Shown here: positions 41,175-51,937 of the stretch, piece after piece
Numbering within the stretch: the first letter of the stretch is position 1
Layout: each line of letters opens with the position of its first letter
Source of the DNA: an uncultured delta proteobacterium
GTDB lineage: Bacteria > Myxococcota > B64-G9
Length of the DNA: 64,000 bases
NCBI GenBank assembly: GCA_963754925.1
Contig: CAVWHX010000001.1
Span: forward strand, 160,001 to 224,000
Direction: 5' to 3'
Program-made: the position numbers and the translations under genes
Notes under the pieces: model-generated
Told to the model about the DNA's origin: nothing
Seen by the model: only the letters and a program-made list of their open reading frames with translations
Database searches by the model: none

Positions 41175-42347
41175 ATGAGGAAAAATTATCTCGGTTGCCT
41201 CGTTATCGCCGCGTTGGTAAGCACTCTTCAAACGGCGGCGTGGGCTCAACAAAAAGCGCCGGTGACCAAGCCTGGTTTGGTTTCGGTGGTGATACTGCCC
41301 GTTGAAGTCAAGGGATTGGATACTTCTCTTGGCACCTCCATCACCGAAGCCGTGGCCAGTCAGTTAGACAAGACCGGCGTCCTCAAGGTGCCGACGACTA
41401 AATCGTCGGTCGCTGCGTTCAATCAGTTGCAAAAGAGAAAGATCCAACTTGAGACCTGCAGCACTCGACCATGGTGCATCCAAACGGTGGCAAAGGCATT
41501 CAACGCCAAGGTGGTCTATCACGTAATAGCCACGAAAGCCCAAGCGGGTGTGACCTTGACTATGCGTATTTTTGATGCGAAGACCGGCAAAGAGATGCGC
41601 AAGGCAGCTGAATTTGCAACCGAGGATGTTGCGGATATAGAACGGGCGGCGCGCTGGGCCTCCTTAAGTGTGTCATCACCGGTTGTAAGCTCCCTGATAC
41701 AAGGCAAGGGCAAACTCCTCGTTGAATGCTCGGAAGGTGGCTCTGATCTCTCCATCAACGGTAAGTCTTTTGGAAAAAAGACCGGTAAAGGCTTTAAGGT
41801 TCCGGCTGGAGTGTTTGATGTCAACGTGCGCAAGGATGGCTTTGTGGCGTACCGCGACGTGGTGATGGTTAGGCCGGATGAAGACCAGGTTGTCAAAGCC
41901 GTGCTTACTCCTGAGGCTCGCCCTGCAGTGGCCGCAGCTCCCACGAAAGCCGCAGCCGTTCGATCGCCGGCCGAGGCGCCGCCGCCCGTGGGCGCCGAGT
42001 CCTCAAAAGAACAACCCCGTAAAACTGAATTGCCGGCTTGGGCCGTTTTTGAAACTCCAAAAGAAACCGGTCAAGCGGGACTGCCGGCGACCGGGAGCGT
42101 CCATCAAGAAGAGAGCCACCCCCGGTTAGCGGAGATACGGGGACAACCAGCCTTTGCAAAAACCCCCGAAGTAGAAAAAGCCGCCGAGGAAAAGCCGAAA
42201 GAAGGTAAAAAATTCTACCAGACCTGGTGGTTTTGGACCATCGTTGGCGTAGCGGTCGGCGGCGGAACAGCCGCGGCGGTGGCGCTGACGCTGACGAAAA
42301 ATGGGGGAACCACCAGCACGGGTAGCGCCACTATCACCTGGAAATAG
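41175..42347 (+). CDS. Secreted PEGA-domain protein
   Basis: Signal peptide, PEGA-like GKLLVECSEGGSDLSING...VPAGVFDVNVRKDGF, C-terminal FYQTWWFW-TM. Confidence 0.7.
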   Translation: MRKNYLGCLVIAALVSTLQTAAWAQQKAPVTKPGLVSVVILPVEVKGLDTSLGTSITEAVASQLDKTGVLKVPTTKSSVAAFNQLQKRKIQLETCSTRPWCIQTVAKAFNAKVVYHVIATKAQAGVTLTMRIFDAKTGKEMRKAAEFATEDVADIERAARWASLSVSSPVVSSLIQGKGKLLVECSEGGSDLSINGKSFGKKTGKGFKVPAGVFDVNVRKDGFVAYRDVVMVRPDEDQVVKAVLTPEARPAVAAAPTKAAAVRSPAEAPPPVGAESSKEQPRKTELPAWAVFETPKETGQAGLPATGSVHQEESHPRLAEIRGQPAFAKTPEVEKAAEEKPKEGKKFYQTWWFWTIVGVAVGGGTAAAVALTLTKNGGTTSTGSATITWK

Positions 42348-42410
42348 AGATCCCGACCGTATTGGATGTATTGGTTGATTAGTCGACTTACCTGTTGTAC
42401 ATCTCAATCC

Positions 42411-42995
42411 ATGAAAAATCTTTTTTACCGGGCGTTACTGATCGCGCGTTTCGTCGGGGTTACCGGCGGCTGCTCGAAGGGTCTTGAGCCCGATCAACAA
42501 CCGCGCACCCTGGCTCAGGCGCGACAGGTAGCGCTTGATCTATTCAAGCATCTTGATGGGTTCATCATAGAAAAACAAGCGGAAGAAAGCCTGGCGGGCC
42601 GTCCGGCGGTGCGCATGGAAGCCCTCTGGACACACGATGGCGAGAAGCGTCGCGGCGTGATCTATGTTGTCGACCAACCGGCCTTGTTCAATGAAATTCA
42701 TTACACCGCCCCCATCGAACCGGAGGTGTTTAATGCCGGATTTGCGGTGTTCCAGAAAGTGCTGAAAAACCTCAAGGCGGTGTCTGACATAAGCACCCTA
42801 ACGGTCAACGAACAGGGAGATGAAAAGGTGATGCTATCGCCGGATCTTCAGCTTGAAATCCATTATCCCAGTACGTGGGTATACAGTCTCGATGATGTGA
42901 ATCGGGCGTTGGTTTTGAGCGGCCCGCATGGTGAGCCCGCCTGGATGACAACGATTAACTTCTCGGTAATCAATAAATGGGCAACGGCAAAGTAA
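42411..42995 (+). CDS. Hypothetical (lipo)protein
   Basis: Possible lipobox TGGC; LAGRPA and IHYPSTW motifs (PsbP-like fold possible). Confidence 0.55.
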   Translation: MKNLFYRALLIARFVGVTGGCSKGLEPDQQPRTLAQARQVALDLFKHLDGFIIEKQAEESLAGRPAVRMEALWTHDGEKRRGVIYVVDQPALFNEIHYTAPIEPEVFNAGFAVFQKVLKNLKAVSDISTLTVNEQGDEKVMLSPDLQLEIHYPSTWVYSLDDVNRALVLSGPHGEPAWMTTINFSVINKWATAK

Positions 42996-43837
42996 CGCTG
43001 CGGTTCGGGACCGGCGGGACGCCGCATTCGGCACCGCGCCCTGATCCGTTGAGCGGCGTGGAACGAATCGCCGCCTTGGGTCTTTCGGCGATGGAACTGG
43101 AATTTGTTTACGGCGTGCGCATCCGGGACGACGCAGCCGAGAACATACGGCGTCGCGCCGAGGAGCTCGGTGTAGCGCTCACCTGCCATGGCCCGTACTA
43201 TATAAACCTCAACGCCGTAGAACCTGAGAAGCGTCAGGCAAGTGTCGAGCGGATCATCGCGACCGCCCGAGCAGCCCGCAAGGTTGGGGCGCGTTCAATT
43301 ACCTTCCACGCCGCCTTTTACCTCAAGCAGGAGCCGGGCTCAGTCCACCAAACGGTCCAGGATGCCCTGGCGCGGATCGTGGAAACCTTGTCCGCGGAAG
43401 GCAATGACGTCCAGATTCGGCCCGAGCTCACCGGTAAGCCCTCGCAGTATGGCGATCTGGAAGAGTTGCTCAAGCTTTCGCAAGCGATTCCGAGGGTGCG
43501 CCCCTGCATCGATTTCAGTCATCTCCACGCTCGAACCGGTGGCGCTATGAATAGCGCAGAGGAGTTTCGGGCAGTGCTGACGCGCTACCGGGAGGCGCTC
43601 GGAAAGCAGTCGCTTGCTGACCTCCACCTCCACATCAGCGGGATCCAGTACACTGCCAAGGGGGAGCGGCGCCACCTCGATCTGGTTGAAGCCGATCTGC
43701 GCTATCGAGAATTATTACAGGCGTTGGTGGAGGAGGATGCGCGGGGCATCGTGATTTGTGAAAGCCCGAACCTTGAAGAAGACGCACAGCTGCTCCAAAG
43801 CACCTACCAAAAACTTCTGGCGGGAAGGACGCGCTAG
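42977..43837 (+). CDS. nfo: Endonuclease IV / AP endonuclease family 2 TIM barrel
   Basis: MELEFV, HGPYYINL, FHAAFY, PELTGK, CIDFSHLHAR, HLHISGI, ICESP. Confidence 0.8.
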   Translation: MGNGKVTLRFGTGGTPHSAPRPDPLSGVERIAALGLSAMELEFVYGVRIRDDAAENIRRRAEELGVALTCHGPYYINLNAVEPEKRQASVERIIATARAARKVGARSITFHAAFYLKQEPGSVHQTVQDALARIVETLSAEGNDVQIRPELTGKPSQYGDLEELLKLSQAIPRVRPCIDFSHLHARTGGAMNSAEEFRAVLTRYREALGKQSLADLHLHISGIQYTAKGERRHLDLVEADLRYRELLQALVEEDARGIVICESPNLEEDAQLLQSTYQKLLAGRTR

Positions 43838-43841
43838 GATC

Positions 43842-45884
43842 ATGGCCGGTTCTCCAGTAGTCCCCGAGAAAACCAACCTGCGCGAGTTTACCTTCAGAGC
43901 AGTGTTACTTGGCCTATGCATGACGGTAGTCCTCGGGGCGGCCAACGCCTATCTCGGATTGAAGGCCGGCATGACTATCGCCGCTACCTATCCCGCGGCG
44001 GTTCTCGGCATGGCCGTTTTGCGTTTGTTCGGAGGTTCCCTTCTCGAGGAGAACATCGCCCGAACGGTCGGCTCGATCGGCGAATCGGTAGCGGCCGGGG
44101 CCATTTTTACCATTCCCGCCTTTGTCATTGCCCATGTGGCCGGTTGGGAGGAATTCGGCAGCCTCCGTAATTATTTGTTCTCCACCGCGATCATGTTGTT
44201 GGGCGGCATGCTGGGAATTTTGTTTGTGACGATTTTGCGTCGCGTCTTGGTTCAGGATGGCGACTTGCCCTTCCCGGAGTCGACCGCTGCGGCGGAAATT
44301 CACAAGGCTGGCCAACGCGGTGGCAAGGGCGCGGGCATATTGATGTCGTTCATGGGAGTGGGAGCCGCTATTCAGCTCGCGGCTCAGTTTTCTTTGTTTA
44401 GTGTCTCAAAAGAGTTCGTCATTTCGTTGGGCAAAACCACGATTGATTTTTTTACCCAAAAATGGGCTCTGATCAAAAAGATCGATGTGGGCGGGATGAC
44501 GGTCGTCTCGAGCCCGGACGTAGCTCCGGCGTACATTGGCGTGGGCTATATCATCGGTCCCCGTTTGGCCGCGCTCAATGCCGCAGGCGGACTTTTGGCG
44601 TGGGGCTTGTTTGTTCCCCTAATCACGTACCTGCTCGGACCCGAACTCCAAAGTGTTATCGGTCAGATGCCCGACGGGCCGGCGGGTAATCCGGTGACCT
44701 GGAGCATGCTGGCGGACAAAGTATGGCGGTTCATCGTTCGTCCCATTGCCGTGGGCGGGATGCTGGTCGGGGCCGGGAATACGCTGTTTCAGGTGCGTAC
44801 CAGCCTCGGCGCGGGCATCAAGAGGGCCATCAGCGACGTCGCCACGAGTGCCTCGTCACGTAAGACCGAGAGCAGGTTGGATAGGGATCTCAGCTATTCC
44901 TGGGTGTTTGCGGGAATAGGCACCACGGTTATCCTTATGATCGGGTTGTACTATATTTTCTCCGGCACGTTGAAGGGATCGATTGTTGCCGCGGTGGTCA
45001 TGGCGGTGACCGGGTTTTTCTTTGCGGCGGTGTCGGGCTATCTCGTGGGCACCATCGGTTCTTCCAATAATCCGATCTCCGGTCTCACCCTATCGACGCT
45101 GATCATAGCCGCGCTGCTCATTATCGTGGTTGGCGTAGGCGGGGACGCAGGGGTCATCGCGGTGCTGGGTGTGGCCGCGGTGGTTTGTGTTTCGAGCGCG
45201 GTCGCGGGCGAGATGCTCCAGGACCTCAAGGTCGGGCACATTTTGGGGGGCACGCCGTGGAAAATGCAACTCGGCGACATCATCGGGGTGTTTTTCGCAG
45301 CGGCGCTGCTCTTTTTTCCGCTGATGGTATTGCACGAAGGCAGCATCAAGTTAGGAGGGGAGGGGTTTGGGGGGCCGAGTTTGCCGGCGCCGCAGGCCGG
45401 CCTTATGGCGATGTTGGCCAATGGCATTGTCGAGCAAACCATGGCCTGGCCGTTGGTGATCGTGGGGATGCTGTTCGGGTTCGGCATGATACTTGTTCAA
45501 GTCCGCAGTCCCATGCTCATGGCGGTCGGCATGTACCTTCCGTTTGGGACGACCTTCGCCATTTTTGTCGGCGGCGGCATTCGTTGGATCGCTGATCAGA
45601 TAGCGCACCGACGAGGTTTGTCACCAGGGCAGCGTGGCCGCGTGGAGAACACCGGCATTCTGGTTGCGGCCGGCCTTATCGCGGGTGAAGCCTTGATGGG
45701 GCTGGGGGTAGCTTCGCTTACCTTTGCGGGCATCAAGCTCCCGACGGTGCTTGAGGACGGCGGTTGGGTCGGTTTCGGCATTGGGCTAGGAATACTGGTG
45801 GTGCTCGGGTACCTGATGATAACGGTACCCTTGCGAAATGCCGGCAAACCTGACGAGGAAGCACCACCGACAGTGACGATGTAG
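43842..45884 (+). CDS. OPT-family oligopeptide transporter
   Basis: EFTFRA, NAYLGLKAG, LEENIA, LPFPE, GSSNNPISG, LQDLKVGH, LPAPQAGLM, AGEAL. Confidence 0.93.
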   Translation: MAGSPVVPEKTNLREFTFRAVLLGLCMTVVLGAANAYLGLKAGMTIAATYPAAVLGMAVLRLFGGSLLEENIARTVGSIGESVAAGAIFTIPAFVIAHVAGWEEFGSLRNYLFSTAIMLLGGMLGILFVTILRRVLVQDGDLPFPESTAAAEIHKAGQRGGKGAGILMSFMGVGAAIQLAAQFSLFSVSKEFVISLGKTTIDFFTQKWALIKKIDVGGMTVVSSPDVAPAYIGVGYIIGPRLAALNAAGGLLAWGLFVPLITYLLGPELQSVIGQMPDGPAGNPVTWSMLADKVWRFIVRPIAVGGMLVGAGNTLFQVRTSLGAGIKRAISDVATSASSRKTESRLDRDLSYSWVFAGIGTTVILMIGLYYIFSGTLKGSIVAAVVMAVTGFFFAAVSGYLVGTIGSSNNPISGLTLSTLIIAALLIIVVGVGGDAGVIAVLGVAAVVCVSSAVAGEMLQDLKVGHILGGTPWKMQLGDIIGVFFAAALLFFPLMVLHEGSIKLGGEGFGGPSLPAPQAGLMAMLANGIVEQTMAWPLVIVGMLFGFGMILVQVRSPMLMAVGMYLPFGTTFAIFVGGGIRWIADQIAHRRGLSPGQRGRVENTGILVAAGLIAGEALMGLGVASLTFAGIKLPTVLEDGGWVGFGIGLGILVVLGYLMITVPLRNAGKPDEEAPPTVTM

Positions 45885-45898
45885 GCGCGTTCCGGCTG

Positions 45899-47397
45899 CT
45901 ATTCAGTGAAAATAACATCAAACCAGTACTTCTTGGAGCGATCGAGTCCCTGATCCACATGGATATGTTTGATCTGCGTGAACTCCAAAACTCCATGCGT
46001 TCCCAACTCCCTTCCAACGCCGGACTGCTTGTAGCCTCCGAATGGCGCCAGGGCGTTGATCATGTGATAATCATTGATCCACACCGTTCCGGTTCGGAGC
46101 CGTTTAGCCACCTCGATCGCCCAGGGAACGTCGCGCGAGAAACGGCGCCCCCCAGACCATAGATGCTGTCATTGGCCATATCTATCGCATCGCCAACATT
46201 GTCGTATTTGATTACCGAAAGCACCGGACCGAAGATCTCTTCCTGGGCAATGGTCATCTTATTGGTGACATCTTCAAATACGGTCGGTTCCACGAAGTAT
46301 CCTTTGGTCAGGTTTTTCGGCCTATTCCCGCCGATGGTGCACTTCGCGCCCTCTTTCTTGCCGATTTCGATATACCTCATGATGGTTGTTAGCTGGGTTT
46401 TAGAGACCACCGGGCCCATGCCGGTATCCGGATCCATCGGGTCCCCAACCTTGATTTTAGCTACCCGGTCACGAACCCGGGCCATGAATTCGTTGTAAAT
46501 CGATTTCGGCACGAAACATCTCGTTCCGGATTCACAAACCTGTCCGGCATGGAAAAACGTTCCGTAGAGCGCGCCATCGACCGCGATATCCAAATTGGCA
46601 TCTTCAAGAATAATGGTCGGACTCTTGCCGCCAAGCTCAAGCGTTACTTTCTTGATGGTATCGGAGGCAAGTTTCGATATCTGACGACCGGTTAAGGTCG
46701 AGCCGGTCAGGGATACCTTATCCACCATTGGATTCGTACACAGTTCATCGCCCAGAGTCGCACCGGCGCCGACGACCAAGTTAAAAACGCCGGGAGGGAT
46801 ATCACACTCGGCAACGATCTTTGCGAGCTCACAGGCGGTAAGTGGTGTGTCCGATGCGGGTTTTAGAACCAAGCTATTACCCATGATAAGCGCAGGCGCT
46901 GTTTTCCATATGGCCATCACCAGAGGGAAGTTCCACGGAATGATGCCGACACAGACGCCGATCGGCTCCCGGTGGACGAAGTTCCACGATACGATGGGGA
47001 AATCTATCCACGGAAGCGGTTCGTATAGCGGAACGTTTTCTCCCAGCTCGATTAGTCTCCGGCAATGTTCTATAGCGAACGGGAGATCTGCTAAGGTAGC
47101 TTTCCGGTAGGTCGCTCCCGAATCGCGTGATTCCAGTTCCGCCAATTCGCCCTGCCGTTCATTCAACTTCTCGGCAATTTTCATGAGTCTGATCGCCCGC
47201 TCCTTGGGCTTCATGCTGCTCCATACCCCTGAATCAAAAGACTTGCGAGCGGCTTCGATGGCTTTTTTGGCGTCGACTTTTGATCCGAGGGGAACTTCGG
47301 CGATAGGCTCCTCGGTTGCGGGGTTGTAGGTTGGTCGTGTCTCTCCTGAGGCTGCGTCAACAAACTTTCCGTCAATATACAATTTATACTTTTCCAT
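45899..47397 (-). CDS. Aldehyde dehydrogenase, paralog 1 (1-nt indel ~46140)
   Basis: IIPWNFP, LTGST, LELGGKSP, GQVCESG (catalytic Cys), EEIFGP, PFGGYKQSG. The paralog shows the missing T. Confidence 0.92.
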
Positions 47398-47445
47398 AAT
47401 TCCGACCTCCTTCTCTACAACGGTTTTCAAAAAAATTTCCGCCTG

Positions 47446-47674
47446 CTATTTCGAAGACGCAAATTTTGTGAGACGATTCAGTAATTACCCCCAACCCTCC
47501 ACATTGTTAAAATAGTATGGCAACCCAAATTTGACGCTTAGGATAACCAACTCATACAAGTTGCTGGAGTTCATTAAAATACAGATATTCGGATTTCCGA
47601 TCTTGGCGTTATAGACCATCAACCGACACTCATTGAAAAGCATGGTTACACCAACGTTAGCGTCAACGGTCTGC
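47446..47674 (-). pseudogene. 5'-truncated relic of the SCP2-like gene at 49387..49805
   Basis: Translates QTVDANVGVTMLFN...LSVKFGLPYYF versus QAEDAEVDMTMAFN...LSVKFGLPYYF in the intact gene. Has an internal stop and a deletion. Confidence 0.8.
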
Positions 47675-47701
47675 TTATAACTAGTTGTGAAAAATTATTA
47701 G

Positions 47702-47733
47702 TATTACAGCGTATGCTAAATGCAAACACTTTT
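47702..47733 (-). promoter_or_regulatory. Duplicated promoter/operator motif, copy 2
   Basis: AAAAGTGTTTGC-ATTT-N8-CTGTAATA, matching 51795..51826. Confidence 0.5.
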
Positions 47734-47837
47734 AATCTTACGCTACCAACGCTGTTTGAGAATGGCGGTAGGATTGTTTTTTTGGTATTGGGATAGGAAA
47801 CTAAACGAGGTAGGGGGTTGTTAAATCTCTTTTCAGA

Positions 47838-49337
47838 CTACTCACTGAAAATAAAGTCGTACCAGAATTTTTTCTCTCGATTGAGCCCCTGATCCACATG
47901 GATGTGTTTTATCTGTGTGTAGTCCAAAAGGCCATACGAACCATGTTCGTTTCCAATTCCGGACTGCTTGTATCCGCCGAAGGGCGCCAGGGAGTTGAGC
48001 AGGTGATAGTCATTGATAAAGACCGTGCCGGTGCGGAGGCGTTTAGCGAGCTCGATGGCCCAGGGAACATCGCGCGAGAAAATCGCGCCCCCTAGTCCGT
48101 AGATGCTGTCGTTGGCCATTTTAATGGCGTCGCCGACATCATCGTATTTGATTACCGAAAGCACCGGACCGAAAATCTCTTCCTGGGCGATGGTCATCTT
48201 ATTGTTGACCTCTTCGAAGATGGTCGGTTCAACAAAGTAGCCCTTGGTCAGATTTTTCGGCCTGCCCCCGCCGATAGTGCACTTCGCACCCTCTTTCTTG
48301 CCGATATCGATATACTTCATGACGGTCGTTAGCTGGGCTTTCGAGATCAACGGGCCCATAGTAGTCTCGTCATTCATCGGGTCCCCGACTTTGATTTTGG
48401 TTACCCGTTCACGAACCCGGTCCATGAATTCGTTGTAAATCGATTTCGGCACGAAACATCTGGTTCCCGATTCACAGAGTTGTCCCGCGTGGAAAAACGT
48501 ACCCCAGAGTGCGCCGTCGACCGCGATACTGAGATCGGCATCTTCAAGAATAATGGTCGGACTTTTACCGCCCAGCTCAAGCGTGAGCTTCTTGATGGTA
48601 TCGGCGGCAAGTTTCATCACCTGCCGGCCGGTCTGTGTCGAGCCGGTCAGGGATATCTTATCCACCATCGGATTCGTGCATAGTTCCTCGCCCAACACCG
48701 CGCCCGGCCCGGGCAACACGTTGAAAACACCGGGAGGGATGTCGCACTCGGCAATGATCTTTGCGAGCTCCAAGGTGGTGATCGGCGTATCCGAGGCGGG
48801 TTTCACAACCATGCTATTGCCCATCATGAGCGTCGGAGCGATCTTCCACGCCCCTATCACCAGAGGAAGGTTCCACGGGACAATACCGACACACACGCCG
48901 ATAGGCTCTCGCTGGACGAAATTCCACGATACAGCGGGAAAATCATTCCAGGGAAGCGGTTCATAGAGCGGGAGTTTTTCGCCCATTTCAAACGTCTTCT
49001 TGTAATGTTCGATAGTGAACGGGAGATCAAAGAGTGAAGCTTTGCGCATGGTCGCTCCCGAGTCACGTGATTCCAGTTCCGCCATTTCGCCCTGCCGTTC
49101 ATCCAGCTTTTCCACAAACTTCATAAGTCTGCTCGCCCGCTCCTTGGGCTTCAGGTTGCTCCATACCCCGGAATCAAAAGACTTGCGCGCGGCTTCGATG
49201 GCCTTCTTGGCGTCGACTTTTGATCCGAGGGGAACTTCCGCGATAGGCTCCTCGGTTGCGGGGTTGTAGGTTGGTCGTGTCTCTCCTGAGGCTGCGTCGA
49301 CAAACTTTCCATCAATATACATCTGATACTTTTTCAT
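47838..49337 (-). CDS. Aldehyde dehydrogenase, paralog 2
   Basis: Same ALDH motifs (PWN, ELGGKSP, GQLCESG, EEIFGP); highly similar to paralog 1. Confidence 0.95.
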   Translation of the reverse strand: MKKYQMYIDGKFVDAASGETRPTYNPATEEPIAEVPLGSKVDAKKAIEAARKSFDSGVWSNLKPKERASRLMKFVEKLDERQGEMAELESRDSGATMRKASLFDLPFTIEHYKKTFEMGEKLPLYEPLPWNDFPAVSWNFVQREPIGVCVGIVPWNLPLVIGAWKIAPTLMMGNSMVVKPASDTPITTLELAKIIAECDIPPGVFNVLPGPGAVLGEELCTNPMVDKISLTGSTQTGRQVMKLAADTIKKLTLELGGKSPTIILEDADLSIAVDGALWGTFFHAGQLCESGTRCFVPKSIYNEFMDRVRERVTKIKVGDPMNDETTMGPLISKAQLTTVMKYIDIGKKEGAKCTIGGGRPKNLTKGYFVEPTIFEEVNNKMTIAQEEIFGPVLSVIKYDDVGDAIKMANDSIYGLGGAIFSRDVPWAIELAKRLRTGTVFINDYHLLNSLAPFGGYKQSGIGNEHGSYGLLDYTQIKHIHVDQGLNREKKFWYDFIFSE

Positions 49338-49386
49338 ATGAACGTCCTCCTTACTATGACTGGTTCGCCACCACGAATGCGCCCGC

Positions 49387-49805
49387 CTATTTCACCGACA
49401 TAAGCTTGGTGAAGCGGGTAAGCGCTATCGGATGAGATAATAACCCTTTCAACTTTAGTTTGCGAGTCAAGAGTTCTTAAGCACCCCTCGTCCGGTTTCA
49501 TCAAAGTAGTACGGCAGGCCGAATTTGACGCTTAGGTTGGCCAACTCAAGCAGCGTGTTCGAGTCCGTTACAATGCTGATCTTTGGTTTTCCAACCATCC
49601 CATTGTGAACCATCAAACTTCCCTTATTGAAGGCCATAGTCATATCGACCTCGGCGTCCTCCGCCTGCATATAAATATTTCCAGATAAAGCGTTAAAGTC
49701 TTTCTCTCTCTTTGGTTTGTCTTTCAGGTTGCCCTTGATGATATCCGCTATCATCGTGGCCATGCCTCCATCTTCGATGCCGGGAGCGAAATCGATCTGG
49801 ACCAT
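49387..49805 (-). CDS. SCP2 (sterol carrier)-like domain protein (indel ~49475)
   Basis: After the frameshift the ORF continues LLTRKLKLKGLLSHPIALTRFTKLMSVK*. The LKLKG motif is SCP2-like. Confidence 0.65.
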
Positions 49806-49848
49806 GGATCCTCCTTTACCGTGCCTTCATGAAAAATCCTCCGTCCAA

Positions 49849-51003
49849 TCACCAGGCGTTTTTGAACACGCCGAGAACCTCTTCCGCCTCACTGATTGGC
49901 TTGGGATTAATACCCGTTCCTCCCATAGTCAAGGTGACATCAGACGCCTCGACTAAACCGCCTTCAGGCACACCGACCTCTCGCAGTTTCTGAGGCACTC
50001 CCATCTTCTTGGTGAATTTGGTTATACCACTCGCGACCGCCTCACCGGCTTCTTCTTCGCTGACATTCAACCCCATGGCGCGGGCAACCAAGGCGTATCT
50101 ATCGGCGCAGGCATCCGCATTGAATCGAACCACGTGCGGAAGGAGAATACTATTGGCCAATCCGTGCGGCACTTTGAACAAACCGCCGATAGTATGTGCC
50201 ATGGCATGCACCAGGGCTATCTGGGCGTTGCCGAAGGCGATGCCGGCCATGGTGGACGCCAGCAATTGCTGACCGCGGGAAAAGAGGTCTTTGCCGTTCT
50301 CCACGCAGCGCGGGAGGTATTCCATGATCAAGTGGATAGCGTGAATAGCCATCGCATCGGCCATAGGTGAAGCCTGGTTTGCATGAATGGATTCGAGGGC
50401 ATGGCAGAAAGCGTCCATGCCGGTGGTGGCGGTAAGCCCGGGCGGCAGCCCCACCGTCATGGTCGGATCGAGGATGCCGACATTTGGAATAACATTATCT
50501 TCACCGATCTCAACTTTTCTATTGTTATCCCAATCTTTGACCACCGCGAAGTAGGTGACTTCGCTTCCCGTGCCGGCAGTGGTGGGAATGACGATATGGG
50601 GCGTCTGCGGGCGCGACAAACTCTGATAACCCGTATGTTCCTGAATTTTGATACCTTCCTTTAAACAAATGGCCATTCCCTTGGCAGTGTCTATTGAGCT
50701 GCCGCCGCCAACACTCACCAAAATATCGGCGCCTTTGCTTCGCGCGATTTCTGATGCTTCATTGATGAGATGAAAACCGGAATCCTGAGTGCATTTGTCA
50801 TAGGTTCCGACGTACCTCGAACCCAGCGCCTTTTCCACCCGTCCCGTCAGCCCGGCGTCGACCACGCCCTTGTCGGTTACCACAAATGCCTTGCTGCATT
50901 TAAGGCTCTCTACTTCCGATCCCACTTCATTGATTGAGTTTTCTCCGAAAACTATTTTCGTTGGGTTACGATATACAAAAGCGAGATCTCTATCGTATGC
51001 CAT
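49849..51003 (-). CDS. Iron-containing alcohol dehydrogenase
   Basis: VTDKG, VGGGSSIDTAK, IPTTAGTGSEVT, GMDAFCHALE, VHAMAH, PHGLAN. Confidence 0.93.
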   Translation of the reverse strand: MAYDRDLAFVYRNPTKIVFGENSINEVGSEVESLKCSKAFVVTDKGVVDAGLTGRVEKALGSRYVGTYDKCTQDSGFHLINEASEIARSKGADILVSVGGGSSIDTAKGMAICLKEGIKIQEHTGYQSLSRPQTPHIVIPTTAGTGSEVTYFAVVKDWDNNRKVEIGEDNVIPNVGILDPTMTVGLPPGLTATTGMDAFCHALESIHANQASPMADAMAIHAIHLIMEYLPRCVENGKDLFSRGQQLLASTMAGIAFGNAQIALVHAMAHTIGGLFKVPHGLANSILLPHVVRFNADACADRYALVARAMGLNVSEEEAGEAVASGITKFTKKMGVPQKLREVGVPEGGLVEASDVTLTMGGTGINPKPISEAEEVLGVFKNAW

Positions 51004-51155
51004 CGGAAACCTCCCTTTAGATTAAAAAAGACCTCATTCGTGCCGTGAGCGGCGCAAGCATAATCACTTCATTTGCCGACTACGATTTCCGGATGTCACT
51101 TCGTATAGATACATTACTGCGAATCGTTCCACCTGAAACACGCTACATCTAGATG

Positions 51156-51721
51156 CTACGTAATACTGAACTCAGTGCTCAGATCATTAATCATTTTTCT
51201 GAACATCGCTGTTTCTTCAGGATTAAGCTGGCCGGAAATTTGCCTCCCACCTCCCCGGCTGTTTCAACCAGGCGCAAAGCGGCTTTTACGGCGCGCACGA
51301 TGGTCGGAAGATCTCCCTTGAGCTTGAGTTTTCCCTGCATCATCCCCTTGACCGGATCGAGTTGTTTTTTACCCACTAATACCCAACGTTCGATGGTGCC
51401 GGTTATTACGAAATTGCCCTTTTTTCCGGCTTCGGTTGGGACCACCCGAATGGACCGACAATCTCCATGCCAAAGATCCATGAACACATACATATCTCGA
51501 TCGACGCCAAATTCGGGTTTGGCTTGCAGATGCAAGACCACCAAACCTTCCCAGTCTTTGGCTACTTCCTTATACTTGGCATCGCCCTGGAGCAGTTTTT
51601 CCCACAGTCCGAGCCATTCAGGCGAGAAAAAGACGAGGGGTTTTCTCTGGGACGCCATCGCATCTTTTATCACTTTTTTCCAGGCTTCTTCCCATTCCGG
51701 TGTTCCGTACGTATAGGGCAT
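51156..51721 (-). CDS. SCP2 sterol/lipid-binding domain protein (indel ~51230)
   Basis: FFSPEW, KDWEG, LDPVKGMMQGKLKLKGDL. The C-terminus LNPEETAMFRKM...SIT* is in the alternate frame. Confidence 0.8.
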
Positions 51722-51794
51722 TTTAGATCTCCTTATAGAATTGTTGTGATCTATGAATCAACGCTTTCATAATGACTCGAAAATAAGTCTTTAA

Positions 51795-51826
51795 TATAAC
51801 AGTGCAGAACAAAAGCAAACACTTTT
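51795..51826 (-). promoter_or_regulatory. Duplicated promoter/operator motif, copy 1 (head of the SCP2-ADH-ALDH cluster)
   Basis: AAAAGTGTTTGC-TTTT-N8-CTGTTATA, including a TGn-TATATT extended -10. Confidence 0.5.
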
Positions 51827-51937
51827 TAGAGCCCGCGCTCCCGTTGGTTGCCGAAGTGCTGCCGGTTCTGAATCCAACCCAATGTTAGCTTGACAGGTTG
51901 CAGTGATTCTGCTAGGAACTGCGAGCCAGATTTGGAC

